Of a stretch of 64,000 bases of DNA, positions 29,521 through 38,883 are shown in pieces. Origin of the DNA: Thermoanaerobaculia bacterium (GTDB taxonomy: Bacteria; Acidobacteriota; Thermoanaerobaculia; Gp7-AA8). The position numbers and the translations under genes were made by a program. The stretch's first letter is position 1, and each line of letters opens with the position of its first letter. The notes beneath the pieces were generated by a model. The model did not search any database and was not told the origin of the DNA. It saw only the letters and a program-made list of their open reading frames with translations. The DNA lies in the NCBI GenBank assembly GCA_017883205.1, contig JADGNZ010000005.1, forward strand, positions 30,989 to 94,988. The letters are read 5' to 3'.

Positions 29521-30254
29521 CCGTCGGGGAGTGGGTTCGCAACACGTCTGTCTACCGGTCGGTGATCCGGCACGGCATCGCGCCGACGAATCGCAACCGG
29601 TCGTTGATCATCTTCGAGAACCTTTTCCTCCACGTCCATCCCGTGAAGGTGCGGGAGAAGACCCTTCGTTTCACGCACACCTTCTGGCTCGGCGGCATCA
29701 CGCTGGCCAGCACGATCATCCTCGTGGCCACGGGCATCCTGCTGATGTTCTATTACCACCCGTCCGTGCCGCAGGCGTACCGCGACATGAAGGAGCTGCA
29801 GTACGTCGTCGACAACGGCGTCTTCCTGCGCAACCTCCACCGCTGGTCGGCGCACCTGATGGTGTTCAGCGCGTTCCTGCACATGCTGCGCGTCTTCTAC
29901 CACCGCGCCTACCGTCCCCCCCGCCAGTTCAACTGGGTTGTCGGCGTGGTGCTGCTACTCCTGACTTTGTTGCTGTCATACACGGGCTACCTGCTGCCGT
30001 GGGACCAGCTCGCGTTCTGGGGTGTCTCGGTCGGAACGAACATGGCCAAGCAGGCACCGCTGGTCGGCGAGCGCGTCCGCTTCTTCCTCCTCGGCGGCAA
30101 CATCGTCTCGGAGAACGCGCTGCTCCGGTTCTACGTGCTGCACTGCGTCGTCCTGCCGGTAGCGCTTCTGCTCCTCATCTCCGTTCACATCTGGCGTGTG
30201 CGAAAGGACGGGGGAGTGCAGGGACCGCCTGACGACGAGAGGAGATCGCTGTGA
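29517..30254 (+). CDS. Cytochrome b, N-terminal (heme-binding, b6-like) half
   Basis: ATGA overlap with the Rieske stop. Conserved cytochrome-b segments ([47 protein letters not shown]) including the paired His ligands. Confidence 0.9.
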   Translation: MTVGEWVRNTSVYRSVIRHGIAPTNRNRSLIIFENLFLHVHPVKVREKTLRFTHTFWLGGITLASTIILVATGILLMFYYHPSVPQAYRDMKELQYVVDNGVFLRNLHRWSAHLMVFSAFLHMLRVFYHRAYRPPRQFNWVVGVVLLLLTLLLSYTGYLLPWDQLAFWGVSVGTNMAKQAPLVGERVRFFLLGGNIVSENALLRFYVLHCVVLPVALLLLISVHIWRVRKDGGVQGPPDDERRSL

Positions 30255-30952
30255 CGACACCGATCGAGATCATCGAATCTGACGATCCGCTTGCCAATCC
30301 GTGGCGCGTCGCGCTCGTGCGTCCGGACGGGCGCCCGGCTGTTCACGAGACCGACGAGCGCTACGTCATGACGTTTCCACACCTGATCCTGCGCGAGATC
30401 ATCCTCTTTCAGGTCGTGGTAATCGTCCTCTCGCTTGCGGCGATCCTCTTCAACGCGCCGCTGGAGAGCATCGCTAATCCGGTGGAGACGCCGAATCCGG
30501 CCAAGGCGCCCTGGTACTTCCTCGGTCTTCAGGAATTGCTGCACTACTTTCCGCCGGTCGTGGCCGGAGTGGTGTTGCCGGCGCTTGTCGGCATCTGTCT
30601 GGTGGTCATTCCGTACTGGCGCGTCAATCTCGAAGGAGCACCGCTGTGGGCGGCGCCGTCGCGATGGAAGGCTCCGGCGATCGCGGCGTCGGTCATCCTG
30701 CTTTCGATCCTCTTCGCCGCGTTCAGTTGCTGGCCGATCGTCATACCGACCGTCATCATCGGCGTGGCCATGTTCGCGGCCCATGCCGTGCGCCCGGGCG
30801 GCCGCTGGCAGTGGTTGTGGGGCGTCACGCTGCCGGAATGGATCATGACGTGGTTCGTCGTGATCGCTGTGGTGTTGACCGTGATCGGAACGTTCTTCCG
30901 CGGGCCAGGCTGGAGTTGGGTCTGGCCGTGGATGGACGCACCCCGAGGGTGA
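30251..30952 (+). CDS. Cytochrome b C-terminal half / subunit-IV-like (PEWY-type loop '[13 protein letters not shown]')
   Basis: Overlaps the previous stop by 4 nt. Polytopic membrane protein with a PEWY-equivalent motif, as in split b6/SUIV cytochromes. Confidence 0.85.
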   Translation: MTTPIEIIESDDPLANPWRVALVRPDGRPAVHETDERYVMTFPHLILREIILFQVVVIVLSLAAILFNAPLESIANPVETPNPAKAPWYFLGLQELLHYFPPVVAGVVLPALVGICLVVIPYWRVNLEGAPLWAAPSRWKAPAIAASVILLSILFAAFSCWPIVIPTVIIGVAMFAAHAVRPGGRWQWLWGVTLPEWIMTWFVVIAVVLTVIGTFFRGPGWSWVWPWMDAPRG

Positions 30953-30957
30953 GGAGG
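30951..30957 (+). promoter_or_regulatory. Shine-Dalgarno GAGGAGG for the octaheme cytochrome gene (GTG start 30963)
   Basis: ggtGAGGAGGccgatGTG read directly. Confidence 0.6.
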
Positions 30958-30962
30958 CCGAT

Positions 30963-32990
30963 GTGACATTGCGACGACTCTTCGCCCTTTCCAGCCTGGC
31001 CTTTCTCATCGTCCTGGCTTTCTCGCCGGTGAAGAACGCGCTGCGGCCGTACCGCGCATTGCAGCGCCAGTTTCGAGTCGTGGGGATTGCCAGGGCGTCG
31101 AGCGGGAAGGCGGCGGAGGTGTATTCGTCCCGTCCGATCGCGATCCAGCAGGTCTGGATTCCGGAACTGAACAATCGCGTCGATCGATGCACGACCTGTC
31201 ACCTCGGCGTTGTGGACGCCGCCATGACCAGCGCGCCGGAGCCGTTCCGCACGCACCCGCCGACCTTCCACACGCCCCGCGACGTTCAGCGTTTCGGATG
31301 CACGGCCTGCCACGGCGGCGAGGGGCTGGCCACCGACGAAGAGGACGCGCACGGAACCTCGGCAGACGCGACATCTCCGATCCTTCCTACGGAATTCATC
31401 GAGGCGGGATGCGGGCGCTGTCATGACGCCGAGGCCGTTCGCGACGCGCCCACGCTCTCGGCCGGCCGCGCGCTGATGACGAAGTCGAACTGCTTCGCCT
31501 GCCACAAAGCCCGCGGCCACGAAGACTTCCGCGCCGACGCCCCGCCACTCGAGACGCTGTCGATGAAGACCGGTGCTGAATGGCTGCGGCGCTGGCTCAG
31601 CAATCCGAAGGCGGTCGACGCCAACGCCACGATGCCGAACTTCCAGCTCACCGGCGACGACATCAAGGTTCTGTCGCACTATCTCTTCGCGCGTCCCGTC
31701 CCGCCGCAATTGCAGCACGCCATCGAGCTGGCGGGAGCGGAGCCGAACGGCGATTCCGCCCGCGGCAAGACCCTCTTTGCCGAGTCACGATGCATCTCCT
31801 GCCACACGGTCGGTGGCAAGGGGAACGGTTCCGCTCCGGAGCTGGGAACGATCGCGTCGCGCGCTTCGCGCGGATGGCTGATCGCCTTCGTCCGCGATCC
31901 GCATGCGTTCTATCCGCAGACGAAGATGCCGCGGTACTCATTCACAGACGCGGACGTGCGCGACATCGTGGCCTGGTTCGAGGACGAGTTGAAAGACTTC
32001 GACGCGCCCGCGGACATCCTGACGCCCTTGCGCGTCAATCAGACGTTCGCCGAAAAAGGGGAGAAGCTGTTCAAGAGCGCAGGCTGCTTCGCCTGCCACA
32101 GCGGTGTGAAGGAAGGCGAGCGATTCGGACCCGATCTCTACGGCATCGGAGAGCTCAAGGCCACATCGCTCGACTTCGGCAAGCGCTCGGACCTGCCGCG
32201 AACGCTCGCGGCGTGGCTCGATGCGAAGATCAGCACACCACGATCCTTCGCCTCGGGTCTGAAGATGCCCACCTTCGCCTTCGACGCCGCGCAGAAGCGC
32301 GCCATCGTCACGGCGCTGCTGGCCATTCCCGCCATTCCCGTGCCGGATGCCTATCGCTCAACGCCGGTGCAGCAGGCCGCCATCGTTCCGGCCGGTCCGG
32401 TCGGCGAGATCATGACCCGCTATCGCTGCCTCTCATGCCATCAGATCGGCAGAGCCGGCGGCGACATCTCGACCGCGCCACTGACGTTTGAAGGAAGCAA
32501 GGTCAATCACGACTGGCTGGTCAACTATCTCGCAGTGCCGTATTCGATCCGGCCGATCATCGCCGAGCGGATGCCGGTCCTGAAGGTCTCGAAAGAAGAG
32601 GCCGGGAAGTTGGCGGATGCGATCGCGATGATCTATGTCGATCCATCGACGCCTGACGACCCGTTCCTGGGCCGGCCCGCATCCGATCATGATGCGGCCG
32701 AGGGAGAACGGCTTTACACGACGTTCGGCTGCCGCTCCTGTCACATCATCGGCAAGACCGGAGGGTATTACGGGCCGCCGTTGACGGAGACGAAGGCACG
32801 CCTGAAGCCGGGCTGGGTGTTCCGCTTCCTGCAGAACCCGCAGCGCTGGCGCGCCGACGTCCGCTGCCCCAACTACGGCATGACCGATACCGACGCGTTG
32901 CGTCTGACCGCGTATCTCGAGACGCTGGCCGAGGCGCCGGCGGTGCCTGTGGCGGCGGCCGCGCCAGCGCGGAAGGAGGCCGCGAAATGA
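30963..32990 (+). CDS. Octaheme c-type cytochrome (8 CxxCH), N-terminal membrane anchor/signal
   Basis: CxxCH motifs CTTCH, CTACH, CGRCH, CFACH, CISCH, CFACH, CLSCH, CRSCH counted in the translation. Hydrophobic N-terminus LFALSSLAFLIVLAFSPV. Confidence 0.9.
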   Translation: MTLRRLFALSSLAFLIVLAFSPVKNALRPYRALQRQFRVVGIARASSGKAAEVYSSRPIAIQQVWIPELNNRVDRCTTCHLGVVDAAMTSAPEPFRTHPPTFHTPRDVQRFGCTACHGGEGLATDEEDAHGTSADATSPILPTEFIEAGCGRCHDAEAVRDAPTLSAGRALMTKSNCFACHKARGHEDFRADAPPLETLSMKTGAEWLRRWLSNPKAVDANATMPNFQLTGDDIKVLSHYLFARPVPPQLQHAIELAGAEPNGDSARGKTLFAESRCISCHTVGGKGNGSAPELGTIASRASRGWLIAFVRDPHAFYPQTKMPRYSFTDADVRDIVAWFEDELKDFDAPADILTPLRVNQTFAEKGEKLFKSAGCFACHSGVKEGERFGPDLYGIGELKATSLDFGKRSDLPRTLAAWLDAKISTPRSFASGLKMPTFAFDAAQKRAIVTALLAIPAIPVPDAYRSTPVQQAAIVPAGPVGEIMTRYRCLSCHQIGRAGGDISTAPLTFEGSKVNHDWLVNYLAVPYSIRPIIAERMPVLKVSKEEAGKLADAIAMIYVDPSTPDDPFLGRPASDHDAAEGERLYTTFGCRSCHIIGKTGGYYGPPLTETKARLKPGWVFRFLQNPQRWRADVRCPNYGMTDTDALRLTAYLETLAEAPAVPVAAAAPARKEAAK

Positions 32991-33379
32991 GACGACGCAG
33001 TCTGCTGATCGTGATCGCGCTTGTTCTCGTTGCGACGTCGTGCCGCCGCGCGAATCGCCCCGCGTCCGCCGTCGCCATCGCGCGGCCCACGCAGTACGAA
33101 TTGCGGCTCGGCAAAGAGGTCTACCAGAGCTACTGCATAGGATGCCACGGCGACAGCGGCGCCGGCGACGGGTTCAACGCATTCAATCTCGATCCGCATC
33201 CACGGGATCTGAGCGATCCCGTGTTTCAGAAGGGGAAGTCGAACGCCGAGCTCGCCGACGCCATCCGCCGCGGCGGCGCCGGTGTCGGACTGACCAGCCT
33301 CATGCCGCCATGGGGTCACACGCTCGACGACCGGCACATCGACGCCGTCGTCGTGTACATCCGTTCGATGAAGAGATAG
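32987..33379 (+). CDS. Monoheme class-I cytochrome c (CIGCH), lipoprotein-type signal (LVATSC)
   Basis: 130 aa, single CxxCH, conserved Met-containing distal region (LMPPWG). 4-nt overlap with the octaheme gene. Confidence 0.85.
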   Translation: MRRRSLLIVIALVLVATSCRRANRPASAVAIARPTQYELRLGKEVYQSYCIGCHGDSGAGDGFNAFNLDPHPRDLSDPVFQKGKSNAELADAIRRGGAGVGLTSLMPPWGHTLDDRHIDAVVVYIRSMKR

Positions 33380-33383
33380 GGAA

Positions 33384-33418
33384 TCGGGAGTCGGGGGTCG
33401 GGAGTCGGGGGTCGGAGC
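33384..33418. repeat. Heptamer tandem repeat (TCGGGAG/TCGGGGG)x5 in the intergenic region after the cytochrome operon
   Basis: Read directly: tcgggagtcgggggtcgggagtcgggggtcggagc. Confidence 0.6.
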
Positions 33419-33512
33419 CGCCGCGGTTCCGAAAGGTCTATACTTCCTTCGCTCGACCGTCGGGGGTCGCTGTCCAGCCCTCAGCATTTCACCCCACACC
33501 TTCCGGGCGCGA

Positions 33513-34226
33513 TTGATCGCGGCGATATTCGTCACGATCGGAGACTGGCGGCGCCGTTTGAACCTGGCAGACCATGATGAAGAGCTGGCGACACTCTTTC
33601 AGTCGCTCGAACATTCGCCCGATGCCGTCTTCGTGACGGACCGCACGAACCACATCGTCTTCTGGAACGAAGCCGCGCGCCACATGCTCGGGTTCACCGC
33701 CGACGAGGCCATCGGCGGCCACTGCGATCGTCTCCTCGGCGGCAGCGACCCGTTCGGCAACCGCTATTGCACCGACGAGTGTCCGATCATGCGCATCGCC
33801 AACCGCGGCGAGATCGTGCGCAATTTCTCGCTCAATCTGCGCACGAAGGAGAGCCAGCACGTCGTCACACAAGTGAGCGTCCTCCAGCTTCGTGCCGGCG
33901 GTCCCGACGACTACTACCTCGTGCACATGCTTCGCGCGAACGCGGAGCCGGCAGAGCAACGCCCGATCAACGAACCGGTGAGCTCTTCCCGTCCGCGGCT
34001 CGTGGCCGCGCGCGAATCGATCGATGTCCGTGCGCGCAAACTGACCGGCCGCGAAGTCGAGGTGCTCGGAATGCTCGCCGCCGGCCGCACCACTCCCGAG
34101 ATCGCCGAGCGCCTGCACATCGCCCAGCTCACCGCCCGCAGCCACATCCAGAACATTCTGGAGAAGCTCGAAGTGCACTCCAAAGTGGAAGCGGTGGCAT
34201 TCGCGTTTCAGAAGAACCTGATTTGA
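33513..34226 (+). CDS. PAS-domain + LuxR-type HTH transcriptional regulator
   Basis: PAS-like segment (SPDAVFVTDRTNHIVFWNEAARHMLGF...). C-terminal LuxR/GerE HTH (LTGREVEVLGMLAAGRTTPEIAERLHIAQLTARSHIQNILEKL). Start uncertain (TTG at 33513 per the track). Confidence 0.8.
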   Translation: MIAAIFVTIGDWRRRLNLADHDEELATLFQSLEHSPDAVFVTDRTNHIVFWNEAARHMLGFTADEAIGGHCDRLLGGSDPFGNRYCTDECPIMRIANRGEIVRNFSLNLRTKESQHVVTQVSVLQLRAGGPDDYYLVHMLRANAEPAEQRPINEPVSSSRPRLVAARESIDVRARKLTGREVEVLGMLAAGRTTPEIAERLHIAQLTARSHIQNILEKLEVHSKVEAVAFAFQKNLI

Positions 34227-34283
34227 GGCGGATCCCGATTCGTCGTTCGTCGGGCTGCGCCGCCGTAACGAGTAGCTTCATCG

Positions 34284-34814
34284 TTATTCCGTGGCCCTTG
34301 GGCACACATAGAACGGCTCTACACTCGCGAGGCCGATGAGGAGCTCAACGAAGAATTGGACCGCGGCGATGCCTCGGAGCCTTTTGTCGATCCACTCCTT
34401 GGGGTAGCCTTTCTTTTCGTAGAGCTCCTGCATCCGGCCCATCGCCAGCTCGGGGTTCTCGATCTCGTCAATGCGTTCCTTGCCGACGCGCGCCAGCCAG
34501 CGCTTGAGCGGCTCTACTTTCGGCGAGGGAATGGACTGGATGACCCGGAACAGTGTCTCGGTGTTGGCGCAGTCGGTCTCGTAGAGCTTGCCGTCAGTGG
34601 ACGGCATTTTCAGTTGTCCGATTTTTTCGGACAACTGATCGTAGCCCTCCTCGAACAGCTTCTTCTTCAGGTCATTCCAGTACTTGCGAGCGCGGTCGCC
34701 GCCCACTAATGCCTGGACCACGTCGACGATCGAAAACCACCACTCGCCCTCACGGAGCACCTTTCGGATCTGACGACCTTCGAACACAACGAGCTTATTG
34801 TCGTTTTGACTCAT
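34284..34814 (-). CDS. Bro-N domain protein (DinD / DNA-damage-inducible protein D-like)
   Basis: Bro-N signature NKLVVFEGRQIRKVLREGEWWFSIVDVVQAL...RKYWNDLKKKL. Lys/Glu-rich protein with visibly lower GC and more AAA/GAA codons than its neighbours. Start moved to MSQNDN (ATG ~34814). Confidence 0.65.
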   Translation of the reverse strand: MSQNDNKLVVFEGRQIRKVLREGEWWFSIVDVVQALVGGDRARKYWNDLKKKLFEEGYDQLSEKIGQLKMPSTDGKLYETDCANTETLFRVIQSIPSPKVEPLKRWLARVGKERIDEIENPELAMGRMQELYEKKGYPKEWIDKRLRGIAAVQFFVELLIGLASVEPFYVCPRATE

Positions 34815-34824
34815 TCCCTCCGCC

Positions 34825-35319
34825 TCACTGAATCCCTTCATCGACCGTGAAATCCTGGACCGGCAGCAGGCGATCGCGGTCGAACGGTGGTTTCTCTTTT
34901 GCCGGAAGGGTTATGCCGAAGTCGCGGTGCCAGCGCTCGCGGGTTTCGTCGTCTGCGTAGTAGCGGAGGTAGATCTCGGTGTCTTCGTCGCTGTCGCCGA
35001 GCGGGCTGAGGTGCCAGCCGCCGCCGGAGCCGGGGGCCGGGAGAATCGTTTCCTCGCGAAGGGCGTGCTTGACGAGATAGCGATACAGCTCGCGGTCGCT
35101 GAGGTGATTCGTCGATTCGACGAACACTCCGGCCGCGGCCATGGCGTTGATGAGCTCCCAGAGTCTCGCATGCAGCGTGGCGTCATCGAGATCGCGATCG
35201 TCCGGAGTCGAGACGCCGTTGTCGCGCAGGACGTCGATCGGGCGTTCTCCCTCCTCCTCGCCATCGAAATATCGGTCAAGCCGCTCGATCTCCGCGATCG
35301 GATCGTGGTCGTCAGACAT
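34825..35319 (-). CDS. Acidic hypothetical protein (164 aa), co-directional with and overlapping the Bro-N gene
   Basis: ORF with non-low-complexity acidic composition (MSDDHDPIAEIERLDRYFDGEEEGERPIDVL...). No family recognised. Confidence 0.55.
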   Translation of the reverse strand: MSDDHDPIAEIERLDRYFDGEEEGERPIDVLRDNGVSTPDDRDLDDATLHARLWELINAMAAAGVFVESTNHLSDRELYRYLVKHALREETILPAPGSGGGWHLSPLGDSDEDTEIYLRYYADDETRERWHRDFGITLPAKEKPPFDRDRLLPVQDFTVDEGIQ

Positions 35320-35526
35320 TGTCTAACCTCCTCACGCACCGAGGCTCCCTCGGGATTGCGGGAGAGTCAAGTTTTTCTACTGAGTGGAGAGGCCGGCATT
35401 CGCCGCAGATGCGGGGGCGAGACGCCCCCGGGCCAGCCGGCGAGACGCCAGCGTTCCCTTCGCTTGTGCCTTTCTCGGGTAAGTGTGGCGCGCGTTGTCT
35501 AGGCGTGTCCATCATTGTCCTTTACA

Positions 35527-35543
35527 CACTGACGTGTGATGCG
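35527..35543 (+). promoter_or_regulatory. Imperfect palindrome ACACACTGACGTGTGAT immediately upstream of the first HTH-EIIA gene (possible operator)
   Basis: Read directly: CACAC-TGACG-TGTG dyad 13 nt before ATG 35556. Confidence 0.3.
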
Positions 35544-35555
35544 TAGACTCCCTCC

Positions 35556-36281
35556 ATGCCGGAAACGCAGACTGCAGGGGACATCCTTACGATCCGCCAG
35601 CTTGCGGAGTACCTCATGGTGTCCGAGAAGACGGTCTACCGGATGCTGGACCGGAACGAGTTGCCGGCGATGCGGGTGGGGTCGCAGTGGCGTTTCCGGA
35701 AGCTCGACATCGACAGTTGGCTGACCGAGGAGGTTCGCCGCGTGGAGCACGAAGGGCAGCTCGGGGCGCTCGATGCGCTCGAGATGTCCGAGATCGCGAT
35801 CACGCCGCTCCTCACGCCGGAGAACATCTGGCTCTCCATCACGCCCGCGTCGCGCGACGAATTGCTTGCATTCCTGACGCGCGAGGCGTCGATCGATGCT
35901 CACGTCGACCGCGACCAGCTCTTGCGATCGATCCGCGAGCGCGAGGCCATCTGCTCGACGGCGGTCCTCGAAGGTGCTGCCTTCCCTCATCCGGTCGATC
36001 CACGTCCGTTCCGGTTTTCACGCAAGCGCGTCCTCCTGGCCGTGCTTCGTGAGCCTCTCGACTTCCTCGATCCGCATGGCCACCATCCACGGGTCGTTGC
36101 CGTGATCCTGGCGCGCTCCATTCAGGGGCAACTGCTCGCGTTCTCCCGCGCCATCAAGCTGTTCGCCGATTCCGTTCTCCTCAACAGGCTGCACGCTGTT
36201 CGAACGCCGGACGAGGCGATTCGCCTGATCGGTGACGCCGAAGCGCTGCTTTCGCGGGCCACTCGCAAGGAGGACGCATGA
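35556..36281 (+). CDS. Excisionase/MerR-type HTH fused to PTS EIIA(Ntr)-like (EIIA type-2) domain regulator, paralog 1
   Basis: N-terminal 'LTIRQLAEYLMVSEKTVYRMLDRNELPAMRVGSQWRF' (excisionase-family HTH). C-terminal EIIA-2-like region with 'GAAFPHP' His motif. Confidence 0.8.
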   Translation: MPETQTAGDILTIRQLAEYLMVSEKTVYRMLDRNELPAMRVGSQWRFRKLDIDSWLTEEVRRVEHEGQLGALDALEMSEIAITPLLTPENIWLSITPASRDELLAFLTREASIDAHVDRDQLLRSIREREAICSTAVLEGAAFPHPVDPRPFRFSRKRVLLAVLREPLDFLDPHGHHPRVVAVILARSIQGQLLAFSRAIKLFADSVLLNRLHAVRTPDEAIRLIGDAEALLSRATRKEDA

Positions 36282-36937
36282 AGCTTACGATCGGTGAAGC
36301 AGCGTCCCTTCTCGGGAGTGCCGAAGAGCGCGTGCATGACTGGATCGAAAGTGAGGCGCTCCCGGCTCAGAAGGTCCGCGGACAGTACCGGATCAATCGT
36401 TCCGACCTGCTCGAGTGGGCCACGGAGCACAACATGGGCCTCTCGCCGCGCGCATTCAGCCGCGACGGAGGAACCCCGTCGCTCGCGGATGCGCTTCGGG
36501 CAGGCGGGGTCCATCACCGGATCGGCGGAGCGGACCTCGCCACAATCATCAAAGGGATCGTCGAGCTGCTGCCGCTCCCGGACGATGCCGATCGCGACAT
36601 GCTCTTGCACATCCTTCTGGCGCGCGACACACTCGGCGTCACACCGGTCGGCGATGGCATTGCCATTCCGCACGTGCGGACGCCGATCATCCTCGCCCCT
36701 ACGGATGCGGTGATCGCGCTCTCCTTCCTCACGAATCCGCTCGATCTCCACGCTCCGGATGGCCGGGCCATCGACACTTTCTTCCTCCTCATCTGTCCGA
36801 CGATCCACATGCACCTGGCGATGCTCGCCAAACTCGCCTACGGCCTGAAGGACGAAGCCTTCCGCGAGGCCGTTCGCCGGCGGGCCTCTCCGGAGGAAAT
36901 CGTGCAGATCGCAACGGCGCTTGAAGGGGCATTTTGA
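36278..36937 (+). CDS. Excisionase-type HTH + PTS EIIA(Ntr)-like domain regulator, paralog 2
   Basis: 'LTIGEAASLLGSAEERVHDWIESEALPAQKVRGQYRI' HTH. EIIA-2 signature 'GDGIAIPHVR'. 4-nt overlap with paralog 1 and with the downstream membrane-subunit gene. Confidence 0.8.
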   Translation: MKLTIGEAASLLGSAEERVHDWIESEALPAQKVRGQYRINRSDLLEWATEHNMGLSPRAFSRDGGTPSLADALRAGGVHHRIGGADLATIIKGIVELLPLPDDADRDMLLHILLARDTLGVTPVGDGIAIPHVRTPIILAPTDAVIALSFLTNPLDLHAPDGRAIDTFFLLICPTIHMHLAMLAKLAYGLKDEAFREAVRRRASPEEIVQIATALEGAF

Positions 36938-38883
36938 CGTTGCTGCTGCTCATCGCGAGCATCGTCCTCCTGGCCTTGAGCGGCACTCCCGCGCTCCTCA
37001 CGCGCGGGCGGGCCGGCGAATACGCGAGCACCGCGTTGGTGCTCCTCGGCGCCGCCGGCGGGCTCAGTGCCGCTGGCTACACACTGGCATCTGGCCGCAC
37101 CACCGTCGCCAGCTCGATGTGGCAACTACCGAACGCGCTTCTGGCGCTGCGGCTCGATCCACTCGCGGCGGCGTTTCTCCTTCCGATCTTTGTCCTTGGA
37201 GCGCTCGCGTCGGTCTACGGGCTCGGGTACTGGCCTGCCCAACAGCAAGCGTCGGCTGGCCGCGTGCGCGCCTTCACGGGACTGCTGCTCGCGGGCATGG
37301 CCACCGTCGTCGTGGCGTCGCACGCCATCCTCTTCCTCCTTGCCTGGGAGACGATGGCGATCGCTGCCTTCTTTCTGATCGCGACCGAGGATACGGATGA
37401 AGAGGTGCGAGGTGCGGCATGGCTCTATCTCATCGCGACGCACACCGGCACGCTGGCGCTCTTCGCGCTCTTCGTCGTCATGCGCGCCGAGCGCGGCACG
37501 TTCCTCCTCGGGCCGGTTGCCTCGTCGACGGGCGCGATCACGACATCGGCGATCCTCCTCCTCGCGCTCGTCGGATTCGGTTTCAAGGCTGGCATCGTTC
37601 CGCTGCACTTCTGGCTGCCAGGCGCGCACGCGAATGCCCCGAGCCATGTGTCGGCGCTGCTCTCAGGAGCGATGCTGAAGCTCGGCGTTTACGGGATCAT
37701 CCGAATCATCCTCTTCCTGCCAAAGCCGCCGGTGTGGTGGGGTGGCGTGATCATTACGCTCGGGCTGACCAGTGCCCTCGTCGGAATCAGTCTGGCCATC
37801 AGCCAGGCGGACATGAAGCGGGCGCTCGCGTACTCGAGCATCGAGAACGTCGGGATCATCATCGTCGCCGTGGGGCTGTTCGTCGTGGGACGGGCAACGG
37901 GCGTTCGCACTCTCGCGGCGCTCGGCCTTGCTTCGGCAATCGCGCACGTCTGGAATCACAGCCTCTTCAAGGGTCTCCTCTTTCTCGGCGCCGGGAGTGT
38001 CCTGCATGGCACGGGCACGAGGCGCATCGACCGGATGGGTGGACTCCTCCGCCGCATGCCGGCGACCGGAGCCGTCTTCGTCATCGGTGCGATTGCCGCG
38101 GCGGCGCTTCCTGGCGCAAACGGGTTTGTGAGTGAGTCGCTGCTCTATCTGGGCTTGATCCGTGAGGCGCTGCGCGGCGGCATCGCCACGCTGGCGGCAG
38201 CGATGATTGCTCTCGCCGGTGCGCTCGCGGTGGCCTGTTTTGTCCGGCTCACAGGCGCGATCTTTCTCGGGGTCGCGCGCAGCGATCAGGCTGCCGAGGC
38301 GCACGAAGCGCCATTCTTCATGCGCGCGCCGCTCGTCGTCCTGGCGGTGGCCTGCATCGCGCTCGGCGTGTTTCCGTCCATCACTGCCCACGCGCTCGAA
38401 ACGGTCACAGGCGTCAGCGGTGTCATTGCGCCGTTCCTTCGCGCGATCAGCGTCCCGCTTCAGGCGGCGGCCATCGCGATAGCGCTCGCAGTAGTTGCGC
38501 TTTTCGCCGCTACCCGGCGGAGTCCGCGGCGAGCGACGTGGGACTGCGGATACGCACAGCCCACCGCTCGCATGCAGTACACAGCGAGCTCACTGTCGGA
38601 GTGGTTCACGAGCCGTCTTCTTCCGTCGTTTCTGCGCCCTGTGCTTCGCGTGACGGCACCGAGCGCTCTCTACCCGACGAGCGCCACCCTCAGTGTCGAT
38701 GTCGATGAGCCGTTCGCCGACCGCATCCTGCAACCGCTGGCGGCACGCTGGGCGGCGCGCGCGATGTGGCTTCGCTGGATGCAGCAGGGACGGTTGTCCC
38801 TCTACCTTCTCTATATCTTCGTGGCACTTCTCGCCAGCGTGACGTGGGTGGTGGTGTTCCCGCACATGGGAGCGTTGCGGTGA
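36934..38883 (+). CDS. Complex-I NuoL / hydrogenase-4 HyfB / Mrp MnhA-family proton-pumping antiporter-like membrane subunit
   Basis: 649 aa, many TM helices. Family motifs GVYGIIR, HAWNHSLFKGLLFLGAGSV, WLPGAHANAPSHVSALLSGAM. Confidence 0.85.
   Translation: MTLLLLIASIVLLALSGTPALLTRGRAGEYASTALVLLGAAGGLSAAGYTLASGRTTVASSMWQLPNALLALRLDPLAAAFLLPIFVLGALASVYGLGYWPAQQQASAGRVRAFTGLLLAGMATVVVASHAILFLLAWETMAIAAFFLIATEDTDEEVRGAAWLYLIATHTGTLALFALFVVMRAERGTFLLGPVASSTGAITTSAILLLALVGFGFKAGIVPLHFWLPGAHANAPSHVSALLSGAMLKLGVYGIIRIILFLPKPPVWWGGVIITLGLTSALVGISLAISQADMKRALAYSSIENVGIIIVAVGLFVVGRATGVRTLAALGLASAIAHVWNHSLFKGLLFLGAGSVLHGTGTRRIDRMGGLLRRMPATGAVFVIGAIAAAALPGANGFVSESLLYLGLIREALRGGIATLAAAMIALAGALAVACFVRLTGAIFLGVARSDQAAEAHEAPFFMRAPLVVLAVACIALGVFPSITAHALETVTGVSGVIAPFLRAISVPLQAAAIAIALAVVALFAATRRSPRRATWDCGYAQPTARMQYTASSLSEWFTSRLLPSFLRPVLRVTAPSALYPTSATLSVDVDEPFADRILQPLAARWAARAMWLRWMQQGRLSLYLLYIFVALLASVTWVVVFPHMGALR

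Noticed and set aside
30185-31718. Minus-strand ORFs 30185..31192 and 30843..31718 across the cytochrome b / octaheme genes
   Set aside because: They are antisense to genes with clear heme and TM motifs, with Arg/His-rich composition.
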